Notes under the pieces: generated by a model
Databases searched by the model: none
Seen by the model: only the letters and a program-made list of their open reading frames with translations
Told to the model about the DNA's origin: nothing
Assembly: GCA_951406725.2 (NCBI GenBank)
Contig: OX597820.1
Location: 18,414,001-18,478,000 of the forward strand
Direction of reading: 5' to 3'
Source of the DNA: Octopus vulgaris
Taxonomy: Eukaryota
Length of the DNA: 64,000 nucleotides
Translations under genes and position numbers: made by a program
In this document: positions 13,271 to 27,810 of the stretch, in pieces
How the letters are laid out: the number at the start of each line of letters is the position of its first letter
How positions within the stretch are numbered: position 1 is the first letter of the stretch

Positions 13271-13596
13271 TTTTGTGAGTTATGTATATTAAATTATATT
13301 TATCTCTCATTTGGATGAAGCATATTTTTGTTGATTTTACCAATAACAGAACCGTAAATTACATACACACATATCATTTTATTGTGGTATTGGAATTTTC
13401 TTTTGTTAAATAAAATTTCCTCAAACTATTTCTCTGTCATTTATGACTTTATACACTCATTATCATTTTCTCTTCTATCGTACTATATATTCTCTATGTT
13501 TTGTACAATGATACATTAAGGAGCTTTTTTTATGAGTACTACCAGATTACTTGAATCCATATACTGTGACTTGAATTTACATATATATACATATAT

Positions 13597-13957
13597 AGGC
13601 GCAGGAGTGGCTGTGTGGTAAGTAGCTTGCTAACCAACCACACGGTTGCGGGTTCAGTCCCACTGCGTGGCATCTTGGGCAAGTGTCTTCTGCTATAGCC
13701 CCGGGCCGACCAATGCCTTGTGAGTGGATTTGGTAGACGGAAACTGAAAGAAGCCTGTCGTATATATGTATATATATGTATATGTGTGTGTCTGTGTTTG
13801 TTCCCCTAGCATTGCTTGACAACCGATGCTGGTGTGTTTATGTCCCCGTTACTTAGCGGTTCGGCAAAAAGAGACCGATAGAATAAGTACTAAAGGTGGT
13901 GCTCCAGCATGGCCGCAGTCAAATGACTGAAACAAGTAAAAGAGTAAAAGAGTAAAA
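13597..13957 (+). mobile_element. SINE family A, near full length
   Basis: Canonical head AGGCGCAGGAGTGGCTGTGTGG and (GTAAAAGA)n tail, with a small internal deletion. Confidence 0.85.
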
Positions 13958-13962
13958 TACAT

Positions 13963-13993
<31 letters not shown>

Positions 13994-14099
13994 CACATAC
14001 ATATACATATATATAAACACACACATACATATATGTATATATGTGTGTGTGTATATATATATATACATATATATATATACACATGTATATATATATATA

Positions 14100-14510
14100 C
14101 ACATATTTCTAATGCCAGCTCAAAATTTATTCGTCCTGTCGAAAAGACGCTTGTCTGTGACGTCCTGTTCTTATTATTATTATCATTATTGTTTTTATGT
14201 ATTTTTGTACACTTATTCGTGTTATCATTATTGTTTTTATGTATTTTTGTAATTTTATTTGTGTAACATCGTCCGGTTTTCCGTCCTTGTTTTGTATACA
14301 TTCGAAACTTTCTTTGAAGGAATCTAATGCGCTTGGCTTAGATTTTCCTTTGGGGCTGGCGAGATCGGAGCAATCTCAAGATTAATCAGCCAAAATTGCG
14401 AGGATGATCCGGTTCTTGACTGAAGATTGAAGGCTTCGAATGCCCCGTCTGTGTTTTTAGTATCGTCTCCTAAATGTTTTACGTTCTTGTCCCAGTTTGT
14501 ATTTTTTTAC

Positions 14511-14514
<4 letters not shown>
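14100..14514. repeat. Unclassified interspersed repeat between microsatellites
   Basis: Its right end (14450-14513) is homologous, in reverse orientation, to 43178-43245. Confidence 0.45.
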
Positions 14515-14593
<79 letters not shown>

Positions 14594-14610
14594 TATATAT
14601 ATGTATGTAT

Positions 14611-14645
<35 letters not shown>

Positions 14646-14730
14646 GATATATATCAAGATAAGCAACAGGATATCAAGAAGTGATATATGTGTGTGTGTG
14701 TGTAAATATGTATATGTATATGTATGTATG

Positions 14731-14773
<43 letters not shown>

Positions 14774-14815
14774 ATATTATTGTAGTTCGCCTGAAGCATT
14801 GTGTATAGTTTGTAA

Positions 14816-15119
14816 AGAATAAAAAGTTTGGAATGGTACAACAATGCAATATAATACAGACAATGGACTATATACCTGTTGGAATTTAGTCATCCATAGT
14901 CTGATATAATATTTCGGAATAAAATTCCTTCTTCAGATATTCTTGGATGGAGTTGCCATTAGAAAACCGATTATAGCAGCGACTCCATCTAAGAATATCT
15001 GGAGAAGGAATATTATTCCGAAATATCATATCAGACTATGGATGACTAAATTACAACAGGAATATAGTCCATTGTCTGTATTATAGTGTATTGTTGTACC
15101 ATTCAAAACTTTTTATTCT
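14816..15119. repeat. Long inverted repeat (141-bp arms, 22-nt spacer) with a hammerhead-like motif in each arm
   Basis: 14816-14956 versus 14979-15119. The arm contains CTGAAGA-AGGAAT-TTT-ATTCC-GAAA-TATTATA-TC. Confidence 0.75.
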
Positions 15120-15122
15120 ATA

Positions 15123-15166
<44 letters not shown>

Positions 15167-15949
15167 TACTAATATATATATATATTTTTCATTTGTCCTG
15201 CTCGCTTACATTCTTGGCGTGTTGAACTAATTATTGAGAACAATTCTTTTGTGGTGGATTCCCTTCGTGGATCTATATCTAGCGTTAGAGTGACCACATG
15301 TGGACTCTCTCTCATTACTTGTATTACTAATATATATAGATATACATATACTAATGTATATATACACGCACACAAACACACACATGCAGACACATGCAGA
15401 CACATGCACAAATCACATTTTAATCCATCTAATCAGTATATTCTAATCACTGACAGTGTTCAACAACTAATTAGAAACTTACACTGCATACAAATTTTTA
15501 AAATATGTGAACGCAGCTAATAGTTAAGTCGACTATGTTTTATCAAAGTAAATCGACAAGATTATACTTCTTCGGTATTTTCTGCTTGTCAGGATTACAA
15601 AAATTGATGCCACCATTTCTAACGACACCTTAGTAGCTGCCATTTTGAACATTAAAATTAGCTGCCATTAAAAGAATAATTTGCACTATTTTGGCCTCTA
15701 GTCAATCTATAAATATAATTAAGTAGGTTAATCCTATGTTTTTTGGGTCAAGAAAACTACTATTAGCAGCCTAGGGCTTCTAATCCTAACACATTTTTTC
15801 CCCAGAGATCTGTGGTGCTAGAGGCTTATGTATGCCACAGAATAGTGCAGAAATATTCCTTTCACATCTTCTAACCAAGTGGTTCTTAAATGGGGTCTTT
15901 TTTTTTCATACAATTCATATTTGCATTTCATTATAACAATATTATTTTA

Positions 15950-16374
15950 TTCGTTTACTTGTTTCAGTCATTTGGTTGCGGCCATGCTGGAGCACCACTT
16001 TTAGTCGAGCAAATCGATGCTTTGTAAGCCTGGTACTTATTCTATCGGTCTCTTTTTGCTGAACCACTAAGTTACGGGGATGTAAACGCACCAGCATCGG
16101 TTGTCAAGCAATGGTGGAGGGAACAAACACAGATACACAAACATACACACACACACACACACAATACACACACACGCACACACACATACACATATTTATA
16201 CATATATATATATATATATACGATGGGCTTCTTTCAGTTTCCATCTACCAAATCCACTCACAAGGCTTTGGTTGGCCCAAGGCTATAGTAGAAGACACTT
16301 GCTCAAGGTGCCACGCAATGGACCGAACCTAGAACCATGTAGTTGCTAGGCAAGCTACTTACCACACAGCCACT
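15950..16374 (-). mobile_element. SINE family A inserted in a hAT-like MITE remnant
   Basis: Full SINE. The flanks CAAGTGGTTCT (~15877) and GTTGAGAACCACTA (~16445) resemble hAT termini. Confidence 0.7.
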
Positions 16375-16924
16375 AAAACATCAAGTGGCTATGGGAGTCC
16401 ATACAAATAAAATTGGGGTCAAAAGGGACCACAGGTAAAAAATGGTTGAGAACCACTATTCTTACTGATAAATTTTTCATTTAATATTCCACTTGTAATA
16501 TTCTAGTAGTTGACAATTTTGAGTGTGATAAAATAAGTGCCACTTGAGCACTGACGGGGTCCGATGTAACCGATTTAGTCCCACCTCTGAAATTGCTGGC
16601 CTTGTGCCATAATTTGAAATCAATATTCCAGTAGTTGAAGGAAAGTTACCCAGAGACTTAATACTCTTTACTTTGTCTTTACTCTTTTACTTGTTTCAGT
16701 CATTTGACTGTGGCCATGCTGGAGCATCACCTTTAGTCAATCGAGCAATTCGACTCTAGAACTTATTCTTTGTAAGCCTAGTAGTTATTCTAGCCTAGTA
16801 GTTATTCTAGCCTAGTAGTTATGCCCCTTTTGCCGAACTGCTAAGTTACGGGGACTTAAACACACCAGCATCAGTTGTCAAGCGATGTTGGGGGGGACAA
16901 ACACAGACACACAAACATATACAT

Positions 16925-17000
<76 letters not shown>

Positions 17001-17004
<4 letters not shown>

Positions 17005-18170
17005 AACTAGGGATAGATGAATGGTTAGTGAGAGCTGTGCGGGCCATGTATAGGGACGCCGCTAGTAGGGTGAGGGTTGGAAATGAGTACAGTGAAGAAT
17101 TCCGGGTAGAGGTAGGGGTCCACCAAGGCTCAGTACTCAGCCCCCTCCTATTTATCATAGTCCTCCAGGCAATAACGGAGGAATTCAAGACAGGATGCCC
17201 TTGGGAGCTCCTCTATGCTGATGACCTTGCTCTAATTGCTGAGTCGCTATCAGAACTGGAGGAGAAGTTTCAGGTGTGGAAACAAGGATTAGAATCGAAG
17301 GGCCTCAGAGTCAATCTAGCTAAAACCAAAGTCGTAATCAGTAGGAAGGTAGACAAATCACAAACACCTTCAGGTAGATGGCCCTGCTCGATCTGTAGAA
17401 AAGGTGTAGGTAGAAACTCTATAAGATGCACCAAGTGTAAGCTATGGACACATAAGAGATGCAGCAATGTCAAAGGAAGGCTAACTAGGAAGATGGTTTT
17501 TGTATGTGGCAGATGCTCAGGAACAATAAACACTGAAAATGCTCTGAGACCAACTTCTGTCACTTTCCAGGGAGAAAAACTAGAAATAGTTGATAGTTTC
17601 CGTTACCTAGGTGACCAAGTCAGCAGCGGGGGCGGGTGTGCTGAAAGTGTAACTGCTAGAGTAAGAATAGCTTGGGCAAAGTTCAGAGAGCTCTTACCTC
17701 TGCTGGTGACAAAAGGCCTCTCGCACAGAGTGAAAGGCAGACTGTATGATGCGTGTGTACGAACAGCCATGCTACATGGCAGTGAAACATGGGCCGTGAC
17801 TGCTGAGGATATGCGTAAGCTCGCTAGAAATGAAGCCAGTATGCTCCGATGGATGTGTAATGCCAGTACTCACACTCGGCAGAGTGTAAGTACCTTGAGA
17901 GAAAAGCTGGACCTAAGAAGCATCAGTTGTGGTGTGCAAGAGAGACGTTTGCGCTGGTATGGTCATGTGGCGAGAATGGATGAAGATAGTTGTGTGAAAA
18001 AGTGCCACACCCTAGCGGTTGAGGGAACCTGTGGAAGAGGCAGACCCAGGAAAACCTGGGACGAGGTGGTGAAGCACGACCTTCGAACTTTAGGTCTCAC
18101 CGAGGAAATGACTAGAGACCGAGACCTCTGGAAGTGTGCTGTGCGCGAGAAGACCCGGCAGGACAAGTGA
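17001..18170 (+). CDS. RTE LINE reverse transcriptase, partial (5' truncated), with inserted PHD-like finger
   Basis: GVHQGSVLSPLLF, LYADDL, NLAKTK, FRYLG, LHGSETW, RRLRWYGHVARM, GRGRPRKTW. The N-terminal 42 aa of the tracked ORF are SINE/microsatellite. Confidence 0.9.
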
Positions 18171-18785
18171 GTCCACAACCCGTGGCCTTCTACATGGGAT
18201 GGAGCCAGCCTACGTATGCATACCTTCCCTTCTTGGGACACAAAACTCTACTTGTGAAGACGTGTTGAGGCAAGTGAGGATCAGAATCGAAATCGATCAA
18301 TGGAAATTGCGGATGTGCTACCAGTGCCGGTGGCATGTCGAAACTCTGCTTGTGAAGACCCATTGAGGCAAGTGAGGATCAGAATCGAAATCGATCAATG
18401 GAAATCGATCAATGGAAATTGCAGATGTGTTACCAGTGCCGGTGGCATGTAAGAGAACCTTCCGTTTCGCGACCGTTGCCAGCACCGCCCCGTTTCGTGT
18501 TCGTTGCCAGCCTCGCCTGGCCCTCGTGCCGGTGGCACATAAAAAACACCATCCGTTCGTGGCCGTTTGCCAGCTCTGGCTGGCACCAGTGCGGGTGGCA
18601 CGTAAAAAGCACCCACTACACTCACGGAGTGGTTGGCGTTAGGAAGGGCATCCAGCCGTAGAAACACTGCCAGATTTGACTGGGCCTGATGAAGCCTTCT
18701 GGCTTCACAGACCCCAGCAGAACCGTCCAACCCATGCTAGCATGGAAAACGGACGCTAAATGATGATGATGATGATGATGATGAT
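17001..18785 (+). mobile_element. 5'-truncated RTE-clade LINE
   Basis: Open RT C-terminal region, 3' UTR with ~60-bp repeats, (GAT)n tail, flanked by (TA)n on both sides. Confidence 0.92.
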
Positions 18786-18801
18786 ATATATATATATATA
18801 T

Positions 18802-18941
18802 ATGAAAAGAATGGAGTCGAACGAAGATTTTAACAAAATTCCTTTACTTTCGACATATGTTTCGAAGACTGCATACTCTTAATTCTGAAGGAATGAAGGT
18901 TGCATTTTGTTAAAATCTTCGTTCGACTCCATTCTTTTCAT
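18802..18941. repeat. 38-bp inverted repeat enclosing half a hammerhead (PLE-type end)
   Basis: 18802-18839 and 18904-18941. The spacer reads GAAA-CATATG-TC on the minus strand. Confidence 0.6.
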
Positions 18942-19056
18942 TTATTCATATAAAAAACACAAATTTCCACACACGAACACGGGGTTCTGCCCTTGGCATG
19001 TAACTTCAACCGTGTTTAACCGAATTATCCATACTAGGATAATTCATCCATCTACT

Positions 19057-19127
<71 letters not shown>

Positions 19128-19139
19128 GTGTGTGTGATT

Positions 19140-20045
19140 GTGTATAGAAGAATATATTAATAAAAAGAATTCCAACCTTGTCTGATTTTCACGTTTTATT
19201 TACAATCTTATAATGATATATTATAAGATAATATATTATAATTGAATAAAATAAAATGAAATAGTAGAATGTTAAATATTCATTCTGATTGAACTAGTAC
19301 TTTCATGCATTGAATTCTGCAATCTTCGGGTTCATGTAGTAGTGTTGACAGTCATGCTTCACAATTTTTGACTGTAGCAAGATGAGTGATTCTGTGCTAT
19401 AAATACAGCTGGGTAGGCTCCAGAGTGCTAGGTTTTGCAAACTGTATTCTGACCAATCAGTGTGTAGTATCACTCAATTACTTAAGCTGATTGGTTGGTT
19501 GAACTGATTGGTTTAGGCATCACGCTTTGTTGGACAGGTCAAGAGTCCTGTATCTTGACCCTGGCCGAAGCAGCAATCGTTGGGTTATTTTTAGAAATGT
19601 TGTAAATATCCTTTGTCAGAGATTTTTATATTTTTATATTTCAATTGTCATCATCATCATTGTCAGCACCTTAATTATTGTTGCTAGTGGTTATGGTGGT
19701 GGCAATAGAACTTTTAACCCTAAATAAGATAATTTTCCTGCTATCTTCGTCTTGATCACCTTTAGTATTGTTGTTGTTGTTAGTGGTCATGGTCGTAGCA
19801 GTGGAAGTAATACCTCTAAGTATTATTATTATTGCTTATTCAGCTTGGGTTCGAATTTATCAATAAAATTCTTTTCTCTGATTTTCCTCTCGATTTCACT
19901 TGGGCTGTGTAATTTGTAGAATGGAAATATTATATATATTTTCCGACCACATGTTGCTAGGTGGTTACTCAAAGGTATCTGACGGACCTCTGGGTCTCTA
20001 ATCTGTTGCCGGTGTACACGTGAGCGTTCTAATAGTGCGTTTCCC
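19140..20045 (-). mobile_element. Penelope-like element 3' end (GIY-YIG C-terminus + pLTR with hammerhead)
   Basis: 'TGNALLERSRVHRQQIRDPEVRQIPLSNHLATCG..IFPFYKL..ERKIREKNFIDKFEPKLN*' at 19829-20045, followed by a 3' UTR and a hammerhead at 19290-19334. Confidence 0.8.
19290..19334 (-). ncRNA. Minimal type I hammerhead ribozyme-like motif
   Basis: TGAAC-CCGAAGA-TTGCA-GAATTCAA-TGCAT-GAAA-GTAC-TA-GTTCA: stem I TGAAC/GTTCA, palindromic stem III. Confidence 0.6.
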
Positions 20046-20802
20046 GTGTGTATATATATATATATATACACACATATATATGACAGGCTTCTTTCAGTTT
20101 CCGTCAACCAAATCCACTCACAAGTCTTTGGTCGGCCCAAGGCTATTGTAGAAGACACTTGTCCAAGGTGCCATGCAGTGGGACTGAACCCGGAACCATG
20201 TGGTTGGTAAGCAAGCTACTTACCACACAACCACTCCTAGAATTAATTCAAAACAATGTGAATAAATAAGCATTACATATCACAGAGTAATCCAAATGCA
20301 AAAGAGTTAAATTCCTTAGGAAATGTATACGAAGAAGAAACTCTGACGACAAAGGACGAAGACCAAAATATAAGAAACAGCTCAGCTTGCAAGAAATGTT
20401 TTCAAAAATAGCCAAAATATATTCAGTGACTTTGGTATTTGCTCATCTAGATTTAGTTCCTGATATCTTTGAATCTTTCCAAAATAAGAATCCTGACATC
20501 CTTTCACCCACAAAAAATGCCAATCCTGACAGCACTTCACCTCAAGACATAAAAGTGTTTAGTTGCAGCTAGTTTTATTCTTTGCAAAAGGCAGAGATTA
20601 ACTGTTTTGTGTGAGTCATTGCAATTTCGCTGAATTTTCTTTCATTCAGTGTTTCTTGTTACTTTATTAAGCAATGGTTTATGGGAAGTATTTTGAACAT
20701 AGGATGAGGTGGTTTAGCCATTGGATTTAAGTGTATTATGAATTAACCACATTGTACTTTGGCAAAATCACTAATCTGCCACCCCTCAGTTCCAATGATG
20801 TG

Positions 20803-21810
<1,008 letters not shown>

Positions 21811-21816
21811 TATATA

Positions 21817-22123
21817 CAGGGTGCGGTGAATATATTGTCATCTAAATTACGCAAAAATAAAAATAACATTGACATCTCATTTTAATGGATATACTCTCTT
21901 TTAACCTCTTTACTTGTTTCAGTCATTTGACTGCAGCCATGCTGTAGCACTGCCTTAAGTCGAGCAAATCAACCCCAGGACTTATTCTTTATAAGCCTAG
22001 TACTTATTCTATCTGTCTCTTTTGCCGAACCACTAAGTGACGGGGACGTAAACACACCAGCATCAGTTGTCAAGCGATGTTGGGGGGGACAAACACAGAC
22101 ACCACACAAACATTTACACACCC

Positions 22124-22186
<63 letters not shown>

Positions 22187-23668
22187 TACAACAGGCTTCT
22201 TTCAGTTTCTATCTACCAAATCCACTCACAAGGCTTTGGTTGACCTGAGGCTATAGTAGAAGACACTTGCCCAAGGTGCTATGCAATGGGACTGAACCCG
22301 GAACCATATGGTTTGTAAGCAAGCTACTTACCACACAGCCACTCCTGCACCTATATTTACCAAAATTACATGAAAATATCTTGAAATACTGAAGAGTAAA
22401 TTTATTCAATAAAATTGCCATTCACTTCAACCACAGTCTCCAAACGACTATGGAATCTCCTGCAACTCTTCTGGACAGCCTCCTTGTATAAGTTGGTGAA
22501 TGCTGTCATAATCCTTGCCTTCAGTTCACCTTTGGTGTTACAAGGAGCTTTGTTGATCTCTTGCTCAGCTGTGCCCTACATATGGTAATCAAGGGGGTTG
22601 CAGGCTGGGGAGTTACGTGGCTAGATGTTAGGAGTGATGTGGTCACAGAAATTATCTGACAATTATCTGAAACAAGGCTGCGAGCTGGCAGAAATGTTAG
22701 CACGCAAGGCGAAATTCTTAGCAGTATTTCATCTATGTTTATGTTCTGAGTTCAAATTCCGTCAAGGTCGACTTTGCCTTTCATCCTTTCAGGGTCGATC
22801 AAATAAGAACCAGTTACACCCTAGGATCGATATAATTGACTTAATCCATTTGTTCTTCTTTGTCCTCTCTGTGTGTAGCCCCTTCATCATCATCATCATC
22901 ATCATCATCGTTTAATGTTCGTTTTCCATGCTAGCATGGGTTGGATGGTTCGACCGGGGATCTGGGAAGCCAGAAGGCTGCACCAGGCTCTAGTCTTATC
23001 TGGCAATGTTTCTACAGCTGGATGCCCTTCCTAACGCCAACCACTCCGTGAGTGTAGTGGGTGCTTTTTACGTGCCACCTGCACAGGTGCCAGGCGAGGC
23101 TGGCAACGGCCACGGTTGGATTGGTGTATTTTATGTGCTTTTTATGAGGATAGTAAAGAAATAAGAAATTATCAGACAGTCAAGATTGGATTTCCCTACT
23201 TGAGTGGCATGGTGTGTAGTCCTGTTCCCAGACATAGGTCTTCCAGAGGCCACCCTCTTGATCCAGAGCAGCACTACCTCCTCCAGGCATTCCGTGTTGA
23301 GTCTGAGTCCATGAGAAAAGAGGAATGGAGGCATAACATTGCCATCACTAGTGATCCCTTCAAACACCATGGTGATTGACTGGATGTTTGATTTTTACCA
23401 CTCTCAGTACATGTTTTGGGGACACGGCAAGCCAATGGTTGTTCTGTGTGTTCACCGTCTATTGATATTGGAGCTTCCAGCGGGAATGCCAAGCAGTACT
23501 GCAAGTTGTTTCCAAATTTCTGACACAGTGAATTGTGTCATTGTCCTGTTTTTCTTACAGACAGTGCCCAACTGATCCTACTATACTGTGTAGTCCACAA
23601 AAACAAAAATAATGTGCATGTGTGAAATTGAAAATATAAAATGGCGAGAATTTACTTATTTCACACTG
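21817..23668 (-). mobile_element. Decayed Tc1/mariner-superfamily transposon interrupted by SINEs and an RTE 3' end
   Basis: TA-CAGGGTGCG.. and ..CACACTG-TA ends. Transposase remnants 'MVFEGITSDGNVMPPFLF..LRLN..LEEVVLLWIKRVA' and 'P..CNPLDY' are present. Confidence 0.7.
21892..22352 (-). mobile_element. SINE family A, full length, nested in the mariner
   Basis: Consensus head and tail in reverse orientation. Confidence 0.85.
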
Positions 23669-23709
<41 letters not shown>

Positions 23710-23756
23710 TTATATATTTGTGCATATATATATATAAACATATATATATATATATA

Positions 23757-24200
23757 TCATCATCATCATTATCATCATCGTTTAACGTCCGCTTTCCATG
23801 CTAGCATGGGTTGGACGGTTCAACTGGGGTCTGGCAAGCCCGAAGGCTGCACCAGGCCAGTCAGATCTGGCAGTGTTTCTACAGCTGGATGCCCTTCCTA
23901 ACGCCAACCACTCCGAGATTGTAGTGGGTGATTTTATGTGCCACCGACACAGGTGGCAGACGAGGCTGGCAGACGGCCACGCTCGGATGGTGTTTTTTAT
24001 GTGCCACTGACACAGGTGCCAGACGAGGCTGGCGAACGGCCACGCTCGGATGGTGTTTGTTACGTGCCCTCAGCACGGAGGCCAGTCAATGCAGTACTGG
24101 CTACGGTCATGTTCGGATGGTTTTCTTATGTGCCACCGGCACTACCACAAGGATACAAATTCCATTGATGTTCATCTATTTTGATTTGGTTTGATTTGAT
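23757..24200 (-). mobile_element. RTE LINE 3' UTR fragment
   Basis: (CAT)n + CGTTTAACGTCCGCTTTCCATGCTAGCATGGGTTGGACGG + ~60-bp repeats, the same as 18300-18785. Confidence 0.8.
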
Positions 24201-24568
24201 TTGATTTGATTATATGTGTATATATATATATATGTATATATGTATATGTATATATGTATATATGTATATGTATATACACAGCGTACACATGTGTGTGTGT
24301 GTAAGTATATATACATGTATATATTATATGTATATTTATATATATATATCATATATAGATAGATATTTAGGTATGGATATGCACATACACACACACACAC
24401 ACACACACACGTATGTGTCTGCTTGTGAGTTTGTGAGTATCCTTGTAACTATATGTACGTCTGCATACATCTGCATGTGTATGTATGTGCGTGTTCTTGC
24501 ATATGTGTGTAAGCTTGCAGAAGTTGATGACTGTATATGTTTATGGCCTGTTTGCTGATACTAATGAT

Positions 24569-24582
24569 GTCACCATGGCAAC
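24569..24582. promoter_or_regulatory. RFX X-box-like site
   Basis: GTCACCATGGCAAC closely matches the GTTGCCATGGCAAC consensus, with a CACGTG E-box ~30 bp downstream, in a non-repetitive island. Confidence 0.3.
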
Positions 24583-24615
24583 ACAAATGGCTGTAAGTTC
24601 AGCAAGATGAAATCA

Positions 24616-24663
<48 letters not shown>

Positions 24664-24929
24664 TGTATATATATTCACCTTAGCTCCCCAAAATAATCAG
24701 TTAGCATTCATATGCTGATGACTTTTACAAGTGCAGTCATTATGCAGCTACACTCGTAACTACCTGCACACATAGACACTTCTGTATACACACAAACTTG
24801 CATGTATACACGCAAACATACACATGTGCAGTTCCAGAGAAACACACACACACACACACATGTGCATACGTATATATTTATGCATATATATTTGTAGAAA
24901 CATATACTTGAAGTTACATAGCTACATAT

Positions 24930-24965
24930 AAGCATGTGTGTATACACCTATGTATATATACATAT

Positions 24966-24997
<32 letters not shown>

Positions 24998-25141
24998 CAT
25001 ACATATATATATATATATACATACATACGTACATATATATATACATATATACATATATATAATATATATATACACACACATATATACATATATACATATA
25101 CATACATACATATATATATATATCAATCTATCAATCTATCA

Positions 25142-25185
<44 letters not shown>

Positions 25186-25690
25186 TTATATATATGCATA
25201 CACATACACATGCACATACACACACACACATACATAAATGTATGTATACATTACATATAAACGTATGCATATATTATGTATAAATGTATGTGTACATTAT
25301 GCATATATATACACACCTTATATCCTGATGTAAAACATGTTATACATATTTATATACGCACAACGACTAACAAAACTTACAGATGCATATGTCCAAGCAC
25401 TCAATACATGTTGAGACACACACATACACAGATGCCTTTCTTGTGATATCAATGCTACATTAAATATGCTAATGTTCATGTGAACAATATCTGCATGCAT
25501 ATACATATATATACGTATATATGTATATACGTATATATACACATACATATATACATATGTATACATACATACATATATACATACATACATATATATATAT
25601 GTATATATATATATACATATGTATACATACATACATATATACATACATACATATATATATATATGTATATATGTATGAGTGTATATGTAT

Positions 25691-25723
<33 letters not shown>

Positions 25724-25837
25724 ATGTGCATATATATATATATGTATGTGTGTATATATGTATGTATGTATACATATGTATATATGTATGTGTATATACG
25801 TATATACATATATACGTATATATATGTAGATGCATGC

Positions 25838-25891
<54 letters not shown>

Positions 25892-26134
25892 CGATATACA
25901 TATATACATACATACATATATATATATGTATGTATATGTGTAGGGATATATATATTTGTATGGATAGATGGATGGATGGATGGATGGATGTATGTATGGA
26001 TGGATGTAGGTAGAGAAAGATGCAGCTAAATTATGAGATAGAGAAATAAGTAGATATACAGATAAAGAGCAAGAGGTAGACCGAGGGTTTGAAAGATTGG
26101 TGTGGTAAGCAAATAGATAAATAGACAGATAGAC

Positions 26135-26213
<79 letters not shown>

Positions 26214-26473
26214 GACACAGAGACAGACAAAGGCAGAGAGATTTATATAGATAAATACATTGAGACAGAGAGAGAGAGAGAGATAAAGTCTGAAGATGAA
26301 TAAGAAATAAGGGAAACATAATAAGAGATAGAGAGGAGAGGAACCTGACCCTGTCTCTCCAACTGTCTCTCTTATTCCATATACATGTGTGTATGCGTGT
26401 GTATGTGTGTGCATGTATGTGTTGTGTGTGTGTATGTGTGTGTGTTGTGCGTGTACACATATACATATATGCA

Positions 26474-26505
<32 letters not shown>

Positions 26506-26864
26506 CACATATATATGTATATATATACATACACACACACACACACATATATATACATATATATACATACTATAAATATATATATAATATATATTTGTGT
26601 GTGTGTGTATGTATGTATATATGTGTATGTATATATATATGTATATATATATCTATTTATATATATATATACATATATATACATAGATATATATATATGT
26701 ATCTATATCTATATAAATATATCTATATATATATATATTTATCTATATACATATTTATATATATGTATATGCATATATATATGTATATATATATGTAATA
26801 TGTATATATATGTATATATATATGTATATATATTGTATATATATATATGTATGTATGTATGTAT

Positions 26865-26921
<57 letters not shown>

Positions 26922-27335
26922 GCAGGCTAGTGACAGTCAGATAAATACATGAGCAGATAGGAGAGAAATCAAGAAAGACAGAGAGACAGTGGGAAAGAAA
27001 GAGAGAGTGAGAGTGAGAGAGAGAGTGTGATGGGATGAGGAATATATTATAAATCACAATTGGCTATCAAATGTGAGCCAAATTATAAAATGTGAGCATA
27101 AAGGTTTTTAATAAACACATATCACAGAAGAATGAATAGATGATCGCAAGCTTTCCTGAACCTGTCTAGCAAATATATTCATAGAAGAGTTGACTAAGAA
27201 TTCAAAAATTAAAATATTTATGAACGTATGTATGCATGATAGTGTACATGTTTATGTATGTATGTATTTATATATGTATATATGTATGTATGTATGTATG
27301 AATGCTTGTATAAATATATGTATGTAGGTAGGTAC

Positions 27336-27370
<35 letters not shown>

Positions 27371-27408
27371 TACTCATGTATATATGTACATAAATATATA
27401 TAGATATG

Positions 27409-27469
<61 letters not shown>

Positions 27470-27515
27470 GTACATACATGCATATATATGTGTGTGTATA
27501 TGTATCTATATATAT

Positions 27516-27549
<34 letters not shown>

Positions 27550-27810
27550 ATCTAGCTATATAAATATATGTATATCTATCAATCTATCTATCTATCTATC
27601 TATCTATCTCTCTCTCTATATATATATATATACACACACAAACACACACATATATACATATATACATACATATATACATATATACCGATAACTATAAACA
27701 TACAGATATATATACTCATATACAACATATATATGAATACATACATGCATGCATACATACATATATATATATGTACATATGTATGTGTGTATATATGTAT
27801 GTATCTATAT
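24930..27810. repeat. ~3-kb compound (TA)/(TACA)/(GATA)/(TG) microsatellite field
   Basis: Read directly from the sequence. Confidence 0.9.

Larger units (their letters stand above)
11810..13330 (+). mobile_element. Decayed Penelope-like element (RT thumb/linker + GIY-YIG endonuclease + 3' UTR with hammerhead)
   Basis: 'RPRKIIWF', 'NIGKKFLTLLNKHF', 'VVYEAEVT', 'KWRIMEKSTPYKNRSRSCTLCIAEK..LNSRS'; frameshifted; hammerhead at 13183-13270. Confidence 0.75.
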
